This document shows positions 46,501-55,078 of a stretch of DNA of 64,000 nucleotides, piece after piece. The translations under genes and the position numbers were made by a program. Below the pieces are notes generated by a model. The model searched no databases and had not been told where the DNA came from. It saw nothing but the letters and a program-made list of their open reading frames with translations. Numbering within the stretch: position 1 is the first letter of the stretch; each line of letters begins with the position of its first letter. Source of the DNA: a virus (Duplodnaviria; Caudoviricetes); the IMG/VR virus record IMGVR_UViG_3300027730_000005. One strand, given 5' to 3'.

Positions 46501-46556
46501 TGATGGAATTTTACAGCATCGGCGAGATTAAAGTTGTCAAGATCATGGAAATTCAT
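40536..46556 (-). CDS. 2006-aa polyvalent protein (Pol-beta NTase, zincin, amidoligase, repeats, deaminase, two GNATs)
   Basis: GSNA…SDIDLH; AHEMTH; EFEM/EPDGSL/LEFVSP/TGLH; HAE…LSPC…C; YQGRGIA; RQGVGS. Confidence 0.8.
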   Translation of the reverse strand: MNFHDLDNFNLADAVKFHQRLNPRLWGSDEHLLPDVRDKLLAIASNFQEFLGVDDLNIQDITISGSNAAYSYTRHSDIDLHLVVDMPDDPVYQELFNAKKYQYNAEHDIKIAGVPVELYVQPSDQKHVSQGIYSVKNGDWVQVPQRRRASIDDSCVQHKTADLDARIHSAIKSGNADAVNQLWDKIKTMRQTGLEKNGEFGCENIAFKLLRNMGCIGKLKDAKTAIQDRELSLNRKPAARKKVNYGMRDYWYPGTAYAGQDHPAGTESEQVDESVELDHLKKILHRFYASCVDKLKLENPPRLRLETTPEWSQENGSFGQYEPESNTLILATAGRHVLDILRTMAHEMTHRQQDERNPLPIDAGETGSPWEDQANAMAGRIMRQWAEEQPEMFDGVTLEEASGYIPTKAQARDPRFVMALTRDVRPGAVGKEANKLGLQTDSQGHPALLTAGLNKMLREFKEKDLFEIKMTSTNLRQLAAQTGAQAGMEFEMIVPDVGVDEQEPDWEPDYDQDQRTRSFSDIRDFFHDGDHNGRRAVDDLMEEIQNEYEEWQQEQTAEAWTRDGVDYMRDFVNVNDLFDRDEAMLQARDEIMDANPDLPQESEDFSQLLSARLDELQEQFVLEAFEDQGRVFNDAFEAFAEEQRDEYDEGSFLDDKYQTMSDIESNFDIEWPYYTDANEGNDGDMDIDQVADEFSSYMGKPVNASRNYHGGRREAGTYVVEPDGSLEGDNPGDEGLEFVSPPMPIDEMISDLNKVKAWADKSGCYTNDSTGLHINISVPNYSLDKLDYVKLALLMGDEYVLELFGRSGNNYAKSAIGKIKTMLKRNPDIAPQVMDKMREHMEDIATKAIHTGTTEKYTSINTKTGYIEFRSPGGDWLDSNFSKIEDTLLRFTVALDAAMDPEKYRQEYLKKLYKLLNPNGTKDEYGDMIQEFAKYMVSLQGNSKEVGDKLSKETQQAIKDFRKATFQELEQQNLARNLAKGKTPKGQKYWWDVSRPGYFASIEIVASSKEEAIAKAIEPGNYPDWASARNTLQAKPLRPYQDPKPSLSYSVYDARAGYNRSSITASSQEDAVQKFRQFVSGENNPHDFSLVDRAGTVVARGGDQQQPGPQSAAQPSTGNWGIWMNDMNRFARAPGQSDNNVLRRFPSREAAEQFITQGREQNSRMITDIEVREIEPQQTEQPIWYVSPQGNPGQEIQIRASSELNAIRAAGEARPDIFGNTAGRSHLFRASTVPARSSNAFVSTQNVPREGQPRNLVPTGPGPWEIYRISDNSTVRELSNTSRPEAEQEARLALGMRGEAPELYGVRTRQGNNSDAAQGGIVDVGIPQTLTRPGQGQQTFTGNWLILNPDGQEIHRFSGVGNVQSDANRVAINWMRSNPGRMQAGVTVVPEMGVAASQQQYQYTSTPIPGVEDVELDIPMAQTQWEVYNRSSNQPVFVIQAANQTEAWRRGQEWVATAMQANPEVDASNFSVRLRSQSVSENITVLEQRLRRDLDALGNQKPTGPETPPKMPAGTIKVDVSDTQDWYQLGQDISDLDQADKSHYNQGPPHTVLAFGSEELENMYSHKLKRLGLPIHDLDEPGEEDMDESQEITKLGKLDNVLKKCINMIHRGHETDPEKYGRVAACLIDNKNNHTYAINLPGLNGTRRHAERVAIDQHLKRHGRIGPNAIMVTTLSPCVHDMDERYGESCTDLLADFGIEKCYAGWQDPTQHPTTDYPFNLQVTDNADIFNTCQHIAASFLPQVMANNLNETINPDVFNPAFNDTQIFDGLTYRATGIEINGKEYFQVKVLDDNYQQIGLAKFRPSKNGLVSAVTSLKLEYQGRGIARNIYAYVRMLGNTIVPSRNQLPPGKAMWDAWKKSGDAKHLMKDVAEEEEPIRIKLGNNDAAQAWIERVYAKYPYTMQNNHVMVWGKGDDQQFAMFELVPSFSKRGAVEVKWIQAYPLRQGVGSRAMQELQAMAREDGISLTLFPWDKGQVSQSKLTKFYRGQGFTPTVKGSKSMQWEPK

Positions 46557-46569
46557 GATCTATTTATCG

Positions 46570-47496
46570 CTATTCAGCAGTAGTGGTTTCCTCTGACACC
46601 TGTTTGTTGGTAGCAATCACTGTGGCTTCAACTGGTGTAGCGGCTGCTGTTAACTCACTTTCCGTGGGCTGTTGTTGGATCACGATCTGTGGCTGATTGG
46701 CTTGATTGGTCAGGGCAATTTGATGCAGATCTGCATACAGCTTGTCCTGGGTTTGGTAATCAAACACATAAGTTCCAGTATGTTTCAACAGCACACGTTT
46801 GTCCACAAATACTTGTCCGCCGATATCACGCCAGTTTTCGCAAAATGTCCAGTCTTCACTGTAGTAACGATTTTCACGCACAGCAGTGTCAAAGTATGTT
46901 TTCATGTAAGGGTTTAATGCTGGATCAAGTCCAATGTCGTTGATAAACGGCTTCACCGCAGGATGTGCATTGAGTTTTTCAAACACATCACGTTTGATCA
47001 ACAAGAAACCAGTACCAGTCTTGGTGACTTCAATCAAGCCAGATGGATCATTTTGATCTGCACCGGGAATACCGTTGACACACCATTTGACTGGTAGTGA
47101 TTTCATTGGATACAATCCGCCTACTACATCTTTGTCATGATTCAACATGACCAGCAAGTGCCAGGGCTCCCAACCAATGTCAGCATCAATGAACATCAAG
47201 TGTGTTGATCCTTCTGTGTTTAAGAATTTAGCAGTAAGAGTGTTTCTAGCACGAGAAATCAATGATTCATTGGTCATTGTTTCCACGGTCCAGTCCAAGC
47301 CCAATTGACGTGCTATGTTGGCCCACTTGATATAACTCATGAATGTGCTTTCAGTGAGTTGTCCACCATAACAAGGCATAGAAATATGCACTCTTGTGGT
47401 TTTTAAGTAGTCAATGTTAACTTGGATGCTTTGTTGCCCACCAGTTTGATCCACTGGGGATGCATTCTGGTAAGGTAATTGTTGTTCGTCTGCCAT
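46570..47496 (-). CDS. GT-A fold glycosyltransferase-like protein
   Basis: ISMPCYGG, ESLISRARN, LMFIDADIGW, YSEDWTFC. Confidence 0.7.
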   Translation of the reverse strand: MADEQQLPYQNASPVDQTGGQQSIQVNIDYLKTTRVHISMPCYGGQLTESTFMSYIKWANIARQLGLDWTVETMTNESLISRARNTLTAKFLNTEGSTHLMFIDADIGWEPWHLLVMLNHDKDVVGGLYPMKSLPVKWCVNGIPGADQNDPSGLIEVTKTGTGFLLIKRDVFEKLNAHPAVKPFINDIGLDPALNPYMKTYFDTAVRENRYYSEDWTFCENWRDIGGQVFVDKRVLLKHTGTYVFDYQTQDKLYADLHQIALTNQANQPQIVIQQQPTESELTAAATPVEATVIATNKQVSEETTTAE

Positions 47497-47552
47497 AAGG
47501 CCCTTTCAATGTTGTGGAATATTTAACGGAGTATAGCAGGTTGGTAGAATTT

Positions 47553-48245
47553 CTACGACCTAGCTTCGTCCAAATAATCTTCAACCATGGGCTGATTGTA
47601 CTTGCTTTGATAGCTGGCCCGCATGCCGCCTTGGCTCATTTGACGTGTGACTTGTTCTGCAACTTCAGTGCCCATAACAGTATCCAACATCCGGACCACT
47701 GTGTTGGCCAGCTGGGGATTGCCTTGTGTTGTGGGATAAAGGCTCATGACCAATGCAGTTCGTTGGCGTTGATTTAAATCAGGCCATGCTGTGCGTATTT
47801 GTGTGGCCGATGTCATACCTGGACCAAACTCCACAACGGGCAAGTAGGTCATGTATGCGTGTTGAGTCATGGGCGCCATGTTGTCACTGATGGGTTGCAG
47901 ATATGCCGGTGTACCGTCACGTTTCACACCACCCGGCTGCGGAGGCTTGTTGGCGTCTTTTTCACTGCGCACAAAGATCAACTGTGTGTCTGCAGGGTTA
48001 TAGTTTTTTGTTATTTCTTCTGCACGAAATGGACTCTTCACTTGATAGAAATCACCTGGAGAAACTCCAGCCAATTGTGCTAGTTTTTCTTTTAATTTAA
48101 AAGGAAACGGGCGTGTTGAAGTGTCGTTGGTTGCAGCCACTTTGACATCAGCATTGGGAAATGCTCGTTGAGCAGATTTGTACAGTTCTAAATGGCCGGG
48201 GTGAAAAGGGTGTGCGCCCATTGGTAATACTACTAAAGTTTTCAT
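47553..48245 (-). CDS. HIGH-family nucleotidyltransferase (cytidylyltransferase-like)
   Basis: GAHPFHPGH, MTSATQIR. Confidence 0.65.
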   Translation of the reverse strand: MKTLVVLPMGAHPFHPGHLELYKSAQRAFPNADVKVAATNDTSTRPFPFKLKEKLAQLAGVSPGDFYQVKSPFRAEEITKNYNPADTQLIFVRSEKDANKPPQPGGVKRDGTPAYLQPISDNMAPMTQHAYMTYLPVVEFGPGMTSATQIRTAWPDLNQRQRTALVMSLYPTTQGNPQLANTVVRMLDTVMGTEVAEQVTRQMSQGGMRASYQSKYNQPMVEDYLDEARS

Positions 48246-48250
48246 GCACG

Positions 48251-48262
48251 TATTTATAAATA
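48251..48262. promoter_or_regulatory. Palindrome TATTTATAAATA giving back-to-back T4-like late promoters
   Basis: TATAAATA on both strands between divergent genes. Confidence 0.7.
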
Positions 48263-48324
48263 AAGGTGTAGTTCGCGATACTGCAAATATCCAACTACTC
48301 TAACGCTTAGAAGGAGCATCAGCC

Positions 48325-49014
48325 ATGTATTTACAAAACAAATATACCCGTTGTTATTATAATATTATTCAACGAGCCAACATCAGAATTCTTAAACCCC
48401 CATACGAACATCATCATATAATTCCCCGGAGCCTAGGCGGAAATAATTTTAAAAAAAACATAGTCAAATTAACAGCACATGAACATTTTGTGTGCCACCT
48501 TTTGTTAACAAAAATGGTCGAAGGTAAGAATAGAGAAAAGATGGTTTATGCAGCCTGGGCAATGGCAAATCAAGAAAATCAAAATCAACAACGACACAAG
48601 GTTACTGGAAAAATTTATTCTATTCTAAAACAAGAATATTGTAAGGTTAAATCATTGCATACTAAACTTAACAATCCCATGCATGACCCTGAAATTCGAT
48701 TACGGCATCAAGAAGCAATTACTAAACGAGGGAAAACTTTAGGGAACACTGGACATAAACGTGGTGCAATGTCAGAAGAATTAAAAGCAATTCTTCGTCA
48801 AAAAACAATAGACTCAATGACCAGCGAAAGACGAGAACAGATTAAACAACAACAGTTAAACAGGACACCGGAACAGAAAGAAAAATATGCATTTGCTCAT
48901 TCTAAAAGAATATCATGCATATATTGTCGTTGTGTATGTGCTCCTGGAAACTTTGCCCGTTATCACGGTAATAACTGTAAATTAAATAATCTACAAGTGG
49001 CGGGCATTCAATAG
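48325..49014 (+). CDS. Free-standing HNH homing endonuclease
   Basis: HHHIIPRSLGG…LTAHEHFVCH; C-terminal CIYC…HGNNC; AAGGAG RBS. Confidence 0.78.
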   Translation: MYLQNKYTRCYYNIIQRANIRILKPPYEHHHIIPRSLGGNNFKKNIVKLTAHEHFVCHLLLTKMVEGKNREKMVYAAWAMANQENQNQQRHKVTGKIYSILKQEYCKVKSLHTKLNNPMHDPEIRLRHQEAITKRGKTLGNTGHKRGAMSEELKAILRQKTIDSMTSERREQIKQQQLNRTPEQKEKYAFAHSKRISCIYCRCVCAPGNFARYHGNNCKLNNLQVAGIQ

Positions 49015-49385
49015 GTAGCTTGTACCGTTTCAATTACACCGTCTTTGAAATTGGTGACCACTGCTCGCAACCATGTGAAGTTGCCTACTACTGCTTGTAT
49101 GTAAGTATCTGTAATAGTGCTAGAATCAGCTGAACTACCATCACCATATGCAGCTATGTCAAACCAACGTGAGTCAACAGGATCATTGTCCAGTGTGGCC
49201 TGGATTGAAACTTCACCTTGCACACCACGAAATACCCAACGTAGTGTTTGGATACCTCCACGTCCAAGATAGTAGTTAGCAGCTTTTTGTGGGTCGCCTA
49301 TAAAGTCCTCACTAGAACCGTCATAGTTACCCGATGGCACACCATACTCTGTATAGGGCACTAGTGTGACGGTGGTAATGGCCAT
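49008..49385 (-). CDS. Hypothetical protein, possibly structural
   Basis: 125-aa beta-rich ORF in a late unit. Confidence 0.6.
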   Translation of the reverse strand: MAITTVTLVPYTEYGVPSGNYDGSSEDFIGDPQKAANYYLGRGGIQTLRWVFRGVQGEVSIQATLDNDPVDSRWFDIAAYGDGSSADSSTITDTYIQAVVGNFTWLRAVVTNFKDGVIETVQATY

Positions 49386-49549
49386 TATGCTCGTTCCACT
49401 TCCACAACAACACCGGGACCAGCCAGTTCTTCAGCAACTGATGCCAGTGCAGACAGCACATCGTCAGTGGCCACTGTATCTGGAGTGGTATCGTCTTTGA
49501 CCAATTTTGATAGCTTGATCACAACTATTTCTTCGTAAATTTTTGCCAT
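49385..49549 (-). CDS. 54-aa hypothetical protein
   Basis: MAKIYEEIVVIKLSKLVKD…; ATG 4 nt after ATAAATA. Confidence 0.6.
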   Translation of the reverse strand: MAKIYEEIVVIKLSKLVKDDTTPDTVATDDVLSALASVAEELAGPGVVVEVERA

Positions 49550-49556
49550 ACTGTAT

Positions 49557-50249
49557 TTATGGTCGTTTTTGCACTTGTACGGTTTTACGAGTTAGCCCAG
49601 GGCATAGCATTGCCAGCATGGTAATATGCTTGAGATCATTGTGTTCTACAAAATAATGTTCCCGGCTCCATGATGAATGCGGTTTTGTTCTACCCCATCG
49701 GTAACCTTGTAGTATAGTATCAGTGAACCATTTTTCAGTAACAGGACTGGCCACGAGATCTGGAGCCTGATGGCTGATCCAATTCCACACTGCTTGTTTT
49801 TTATCTGTGGACAGCTTCTTTTCTTTAAGATAAGTTCTGTAAGGATATTTGGGTTGATTGTTTAACATGACAACATCCCTGGAATACGCAAGTACTGCTT
49901 GTTTCATAGTGGATTTTGTTGGATAATTCCTGTACATTGTCTCAACGTCTTTGATGTCATTGGTGTACACATGAAATCTATTTTGCCCATAGGTGCGATG
50001 AATGTATGCACTGCGAAGATTTTCTAATACGTCCACTGCATGCATTATGTTTTGTTTGGTCAATTCGTCAGTCACTGGGTGTCCAACTGACAAATTATAT
50101 TGATCACGTCTATGTAACCGTTCCAGGATCTTTGTGAGAGAAAGATTGTTCAACAGCCACGCACCATCAATATCAAAACTTATTGCATATTCATACTTTC
50201 CAAAATAAAGTGATCCGCGTGGGTCACACTGTAAATAGGGTAGTGACAT
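49557..50249 (-). CDS. Hypothetical protein
   Basis: 230-aa ORF. Confidence 0.7.
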   Translation of the reverse strand: MSLPYLQCDPRGSLYFGKYEYAISFDIDGAWLLNNLSLTKILERLHRRDQYNLSVGHPVTDELTKQNIMHAVDVLENLRSAYIHRTYGQNRFHVYTNDIKDVETMYRNYPTKSTMKQAVLAYSRDVVMLNNQPKYPYRTYLKEKKLSTDKKQAVWNWISHQAPDLVASPVTEKWFTDTILQGYRWGRTKPHSSWSREHYFVEHNDLKHITMLAMLCPGLTRKTVQVQKRP

Positions 50250-52491
50250 GCTGTGGTTCCTTTAGTTCAAATACAATCTTGTTGTCTTGCAATTCTACAT
50301 TCAATGAACAGTCAGTCAATTGTTCAAACAAAATGCGTCGACTCAATGGTACACGAATCAATTCATCAATTTTGCGATTCAACGGACGAGCACCCATTTT
50401 GCTGTCGTAGCCTTTTTCTGCCAACAACTCAATCACTTCTTCAGAGAAAAACAACCGGATATTCTTTTCTGCTACACTTGATTTAAGCTGATCCAAGAAC
50501 TTCACAACAATCTTCTTGATAGCCAGGGTATCCAACTTGGTAAACTTGCAAATTTTATCAATACGATTGCGTAGCTCTGGGCGGAAGAACTCTTTCATTG
50601 CACGATCTTCTTCTCCAGATTTTTCCAAATCAGTACTGAATCCAATGTTGTTGGTTTCATTGTCTCTGGCACCTAAGTTAGATGTCATGATGATAATGGT
50701 ATTTTTGCAGTCTACCCGTTTGCCGTTTGCACCTGTTACATGTCCTTCGTCTAGCATTTGCAGCAGGATATTAGTAACATCCGAATGTGCTTTTTCAATT
50801 TCATCAAACAAGATCACAGAGAATGGATGTTTACTCAGATCTGAAATTAGTTTACCACCGCCTACATTACCATCTTCAAATCCCACATAGCCTGGAGGTG
50901 CACCAATCAAACTGCTGACAGAGAACTTCTCTTGAAACTCACTCATGTCATAACGTAACAAGTGCATGTCCAAGTTTTCACTCAATAGCTTGGCCAATTC
51001 AGTTTTGCCTGTACCAGTTGGACCCAAGAACAAGAAACTTGCCATGGGCTTGCCTTGTGTGCCAATTCCTGAGAAGTTGATATACACACGTTCTAGTACT
51101 GAATCCACAGCTTCTTCTTGTCCGTAGAGTTTTTGTTTGATGTTACTTTCTAAATCCACAATCTTCAAACTGCGTTCATTTTGCAGTCTATCAGTGGGTA
51201 CACCAGTCACTCTTGCCACTTGTTCTTCGATCATGCTTTTATTAACAGTGACCTGGCCTGCATCCCGAACACGTTCTCTAGCACAGGCAGCATCCAGCAA
51301 ATCGATACTTTTGTCTGGATTCTTCTTGTCATGAATATAACGAGCAGCAAGATCCACAGCAGCAGTCATGGCTTCTGTGTCAATCAGTACATTGTGGAAT
51401 GTTTCCAAACGTGGGCTCAGTCCAATTAGAATTTTTTCTGTAGTGTCACGATCAGGTTCATCAATGCTGAGACGATAGAACCGACGCATGAGTGCTCGAT
51501 CTTTCTCAAATGATTCGTAGTATTCTTCCCAAGTTGTGCTGGCAATAACTTTCAAATGCCCTTTGGTAATTGCTGGTTTCAACATGTTGGCAAAGTCCAA
51601 GCTGCCCGAACTGCCTGCTCCTGCACCTTTCATGGTATGTGCTTCGTCCACGAACAAAATACACTTCTTCTTGGCTTCCAGTGCAGCAATCACTGCTTTA
51701 AACTTTTCTTCAAAGTCCCCGCGATATTTGGATCCTGCTACCAAACTGCCAATTTCAAGACTCCACACTTCGTGATCTTTGAGGAACTTGGGCACACGAT
51801 TTTGTGCAATTTCCTGCGCAAGTCCTTCGATGATGGCAGTTTTGCCCACACCTGGATCACCTACCATGAGTACATTGGCTTTGAAACGACGTGCTAGTAC
51901 AGCAATCATTTCGTCCAGTTCTGTCGAGCGGCCAATTAACGGCTCTAATTGATCAGCAGCAGCCATGGCACTCAGACTGGTACAATATTCTTCCAGCACT
52001 TCAGTAGCTTGTTGACTATTCATACCTGCGGCTGCACGTTCTGACTTGTAGTTCTTGGTCCAAAAATCCACAAATTCAGCTTTGTGTACGCCGTATTTCA
52101 GCAAGAAGTAGTGTGCATTGCTGTTGGTCTCGCCCATGATGGCCAAGTACAAGTCCACAGTGACCACTTGTCTACGTCCTGTAAACAACACCTGTGTTAG
52201 AGCACGATTAAACACTCGTTCTAATGAAGCGGTTTTGCGTGGAGTCAAATCTTCCCCAGCACGAATCAGACTTTGTAGGCTTTCTAAATAGCCACACAGT
52301 TCAGTTTCCAACATGACCACGTCACAGCCATATTTGGATAAAGTTTTTCTAAATGGATCATGTCTTACGAGACTCAACAGTAAATGTTCTGTTAGCACAT
52401 ATTCGTGTTGCCATGTACGTGCGATTTGCACTGCGCCTTCGATGATAGCGTCAATTTCGGGATTGTCTTGGATTTGATTTGAATTGCTCAT
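50224..52491 (-). CDS. clpA: ClpA-like Hsp100 AAA+ ATPase
   Basis: Clp N-domain, GDPGVGKT, FVDEAH, GPTGTGKT, FDEIEKAH, IGF loop; no ClpB middle domain. Confidence 0.88.
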   Translation of the reverse strand: MSNSNQIQDNPEIDAIIEGAVQIARTWQHEYVLTEHLLLSLVRHDPFRKTLSKYGCDVVMLETELCGYLESLQSLIRAGEDLTPRKTASLERVFNRALTQVLFTGRRQVVTVDLYLAIMGETNSNAHYFLLKYGVHKAEFVDFWTKNYKSERAAAGMNSQQATEVLEEYCTSLSAMAAADQLEPLIGRSTELDEMIAVLARRFKANVLMVGDPGVGKTAIIEGLAQEIAQNRVPKFLKDHEVWSLEIGSLVAGSKYRGDFEEKFKAVIAALEAKKKCILFVDEAHTMKGAGAGSSGSLDFANMLKPAITKGHLKVIASTTWEEYYESFEKDRALMRRFYRLSIDEPDRDTTEKILIGLSPRLETFHNVLIDTEAMTAAVDLAARYIHDKKNPDKSIDLLDAACARERVRDAGQVTVNKSMIEEQVARVTGVPTDRLQNERSLKIVDLESNIKQKLYGQEEAVDSVLERVYINFSGIGTQGKPMASFLFLGPTGTGKTELAKLLSENLDMHLLRYDMSEFQEKFSVSSLIGAPPGYVGFEDGNVGGGKLISDLSKHPFSVILFDEIEKAHSDVTNILLQMLDEGHVTGANGKRVDCKNTIIIMTSNLGARDNETNNIGFSTDLEKSGEEDRAMKEFFRPELRNRIDKICKFTKLDTLAIKKIVVKFLDQLKSSVAEKNIRLFFSEEVIELLAEKGYDSKMGARPLNRKIDELIRVPLSRRILFEQLTDCSLNVELQDNKIVFELKEPQHVTTLFTV

Positions 52492-52497
52492 GTGGAC

Positions 52498-52526
52498 AGT
52501 ATACTATAGATCTCAATAGAGATCAA
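52498..52526 (-). promoter_or_regulatory. Sigma70-like promoter for clpA
   Basis: TTGATC-17 bp-TATACT. Confidence 0.5.
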
Positions 52527-52538
52527 CCTTTCACGTAC

Positions 52539-53321
52539 TTATTCGGCAGATTCCTGCTGTATAGCAGCCATTAATCCTGGAGAGATTCTGGCAGGCAATC
52601 TAGCTTGCACCCGGACCAACATATCTCCCAGCTGCCCATTACGATCTGGTAATCCACGACCTCTGGCACGCAACATGCTGTTGGGTTGTGTGTTGGGTGG
52701 TATGCTGAGTTCAATTCGATTGCCACGTATGTCCAACATGGGAATATCACCCCCGGTTATTAGTTTCCAAATAGACACAGTGGTTTCAGTATGTACATTG
52801 TTGTTGACTCGTTGCCATGTTTTATCTGGATGTACCCGGAATGTGATCACAAGATCCTGCCCATTAGGACCAATATTAGGGTATTGCACATTGTCTCCAT
52901 CTGCGATGCCGTTGGGTATGTTGATTTCAACATTGTGTGTGCCGGTGTGTGTGCCCATAGAAACCACTCTAGACCCTGGAGCAGCTACATCTTGTATGGT
53001 CACCCACAAGGTCATTCTGGCATGTCCACGCTGTTGCGGCTGCTGGAATTTGGCTCCAAACATGTTGAAGATTTCGTTGAAATCAAAGTTATGATGGAAC
53101 CCCCCACCTCCAACTGGATGTTGTGGCTGCGGGTTATTATAAGCTGCTCGTTTTTGTTCGTCGCCAAGAGTTTCGTAAGCTGCTTGAATCTCTTGGAATT
53201 TTGTTGTGGAACCACCTGCTCTATCTGGGTGATATGTACTTGCTAATTTTCTATATGCTTTTTTTATTTCATCAGCAGAAGCTGTGCGGGCAACGCCTAG
53301 GGTAGAATAGTGATCAGTCAT
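52539..53321 (-). CDS. dnaJ: DnaJ-class co-chaperone without zinc finger
   Basis: DHYSTLGV…IKKAYRKL…YHPD; G/F region; GRGLP…GDMLV. Confidence 0.88.
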   Translation of the reverse strand: MTDHYSTLGVARTASADEIKKAYRKLASTYHPDRAGGSTTKFQEIQAAYETLGDEQKRAAYNNPQPQHPVGGGGFHHNFDFNEIFNMFGAKFQQPQQRGHARMTLWVTIQDVAAPGSRVVSMGTHTGTHNVEINIPNGIADGDNVQYPNIGPNGQDLVITFRVHPDKTWQRVNNNVHTETTVSIWKLITGGDIPMLDIRGNRIELSIPPNTQPNSMLRARGRGLPDRNGQLGDMLVRVQARLPARISPGLMAAIQQESAE

Positions 53322-53349
53322 TGTGTGTAGTTATACACACAGCAATGGA

Positions 53350-53559
53350 TCATTTCTTTTCAGGAACCTTAGTACCTTCTAGTTTTTCATGTTTCTTCAT
53401 GTTTTTGCAATTTTGTTTCACTTTGCCGTTGGCATCCTTGACTGGTTTTCCATTGCGGTCTTTAACATCCACGCAAACCCTTACAGTTTCTTTGGCCGCT
53501 TCGGCAATTACAAATTGACTACCCAGAGCCAGTGAGAGTGCGATCAACAGTTTTTTCAT
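53350..53559 (-). CDS. Small secreted hypothetical protein
   Basis: Signal peptide MKKLLIALSLALG. Confidence 0.65.
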   Translation of the reverse strand: MKKLLIALSLALGSQFVIAEAAKETVRVCVDVKDRNGKPVKDANGKVKQNCKNMKKHEKLEGTKVPEKK

Positions 53560-53629
53560 ATTACTTTCCTATTTTTTGATTAAGTTCTTTTATTCAATAA
53601 ATGCGCCTTTAGCGGATTCTTCTGCCATG

Positions 53630-54196
53630 TTATCTTTCTGGGAATGGTGGGATCACAGGAGCTGGTCTACCACCCCATCCTGTGACAACTTCTGCGTTAA
53701 CAGGTGCCATGGTTCCAAATCCTGTATTTCCGCCAAAGCTTGTTGCCGAAGGTGCACCTCCAAAGCCACTTCCTCCGCCCAGGGACGGTGAGCCCCAGGA
53801 CTGATTAACGGGTGTTGATGTACCAAACGCACCAGGGACGGACGGTCTCACAGACCCAGGCGGCATGTATGTTGTTCCAACATTTGGTGGTAAGGCAATT
53901 CCTCCATTGTTAGCTCCTCCGAGTTTTTCTTGTGTGCGACCGTAGGCTGCAATACCCAACACAGCGCCCATTGCTATGTGATATAGCCCAGCACCTTGTA
54001 GAGTCAACGGTTGCCATTGTGTTTGTACACTGCCATGAAATAAACTCTGTGTCAAACTCCAAAGAACTGGTGCTAACACAAAATCAAATATGCAGGTAAT
54101 CATATAGGTCCATCCCATCATCGGACGCCATTTTGAATTCATCCAGTCTTCTTTGGCTTTTTCGCTAGAACTTGTTTGATGATTTTTTTTTGTCAT
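53630..54196 (-). CDS. Holin-like membrane protein (3TM type)
   Basis: KWRPMMGW…VLAPVL…LGIAAYGRTQEK; adjacent to endolysin. Confidence 0.6.
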   Translation of the reverse strand: MTKKNHQTSSSEKAKEDWMNSKWRPMMGWTYMITCIFDFVLAPVLWSLTQSLFHGSVQTQWQPLTLQGAGLYHIAMGAVLGIAAYGRTQEKLGGANNGGIALPPNVGTTYMPPGSVRPSVPGAFGTSTPVNQSWGSPSLGGGSGFGGAPSATSFGGNTGFGTMAPVNAEVVTGWGGRPAPVIPPFPER

Positions 54197-54197
54197 T

Positions 54198-54818
54198 TTA
54201 TACTCCCATCACATGTAATGCATGTTCATAATGTCGGATACGATCTTCTAATCCAATATAACCGCCATTGATGGCTCTGGTAAGCCCTTTTATATCTCCT
54301 GCGTCGGCAAATCTATTCAAGTTGTTGGTTTCCCAAAACCAGCAAGCTGATTGCGCAGCACCTTCAAATGTGGCCAAATATTCACTGGCTTCTTCTACTG
54401 GAATCTCCAAACTGCCAGCAAAGAATGTGTAGTTGTCACGACCGGTAAGCTGTATCAACCCACGACCACAGAACCGATATCCATCGCCGCTGGCTTCATC
54501 GCCGTTGCCCATGCGATTAGCATAAACTCTGTTGGCAATTTTTTCAGGCCGATTTGCATAAGCTGCTGCAATAGTATCATCAGTGAAATATTTGGCAAAT
54601 GTTTTTCTTAGACTAGCAGCACGATAGTTAAGATTTTCTTTAACAAAAACAAAATTTCCTGACTCATGAGCGCATTGTGCAATAAAGGCCGACACTCTGG
54701 CAGGTGTGTTGATATCATAATCGGGCAACAGTTGATCAATAGCTTGGTACCAATGATCAATGTAGGGATTTTTAACCATTTGTTTAAGTTGACTTAGTGA
54801 CAATATTGAGTTGCTCAT
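54198..54818 (-). CDS. Glycoside hydrolase family 19 endolysin
   Basis: AFIAQCAHESG, GRGLIQLTGRDNY, INGGYIGLEDR. Confidence 0.88.
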   Translation of the reverse strand: MSNSILSLSQLKQMVKNPYIDHWYQAIDQLLPDYDINTPARVSAFIAQCAHESGNFVFVKENLNYRAASLRKTFAKYFTDDTIAAAYANRPEKIANRVYANRMGNGDEASGDGYRFCGRGLIQLTGRDNYTFFAGSLEIPVEEASEYLATFEGAAQSACWFWETNNLNRFADAGDIKGLTRAINGGYIGLEDRIRHYEHALHVMGV

Positions 54819-55078
54819 TTTGTGTTATCCCATATTTTTTTTTGTTTCACATACCATTCTTGCCAACCTGAGTTTTTGGCTGAACATTCGTGATATGTTG
54901 TGTAGTTTTCCGTGACTGTTTTTACAAAATCTACTATGCTGACCTGTTCTCCAGAAATGGTCTTTAGATCAGCACAGCGTTCCATTAACATTTCTGGTGC
55001 TGCCGGGAACTCAGCAACCACTGGTACAGATGTGCAAGCTGACAAACTCATGACTAGTGGAATTACAATATACTTCAT
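54815..55078 (-). CDS. o-spanin-like lipoprotein
   Basis: LSAC lipobox, Pro-rich region, next to i-spanin. Confidence 0.7.
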   Translation of the reverse strand: MKYIVIPLVMSLSACTSVPVVAEFPAAPEMLMERCADLKTISGEQVSIVDFVKTVTENYTTYHECSAKNSGWQEWYVKQKKIWDNTK

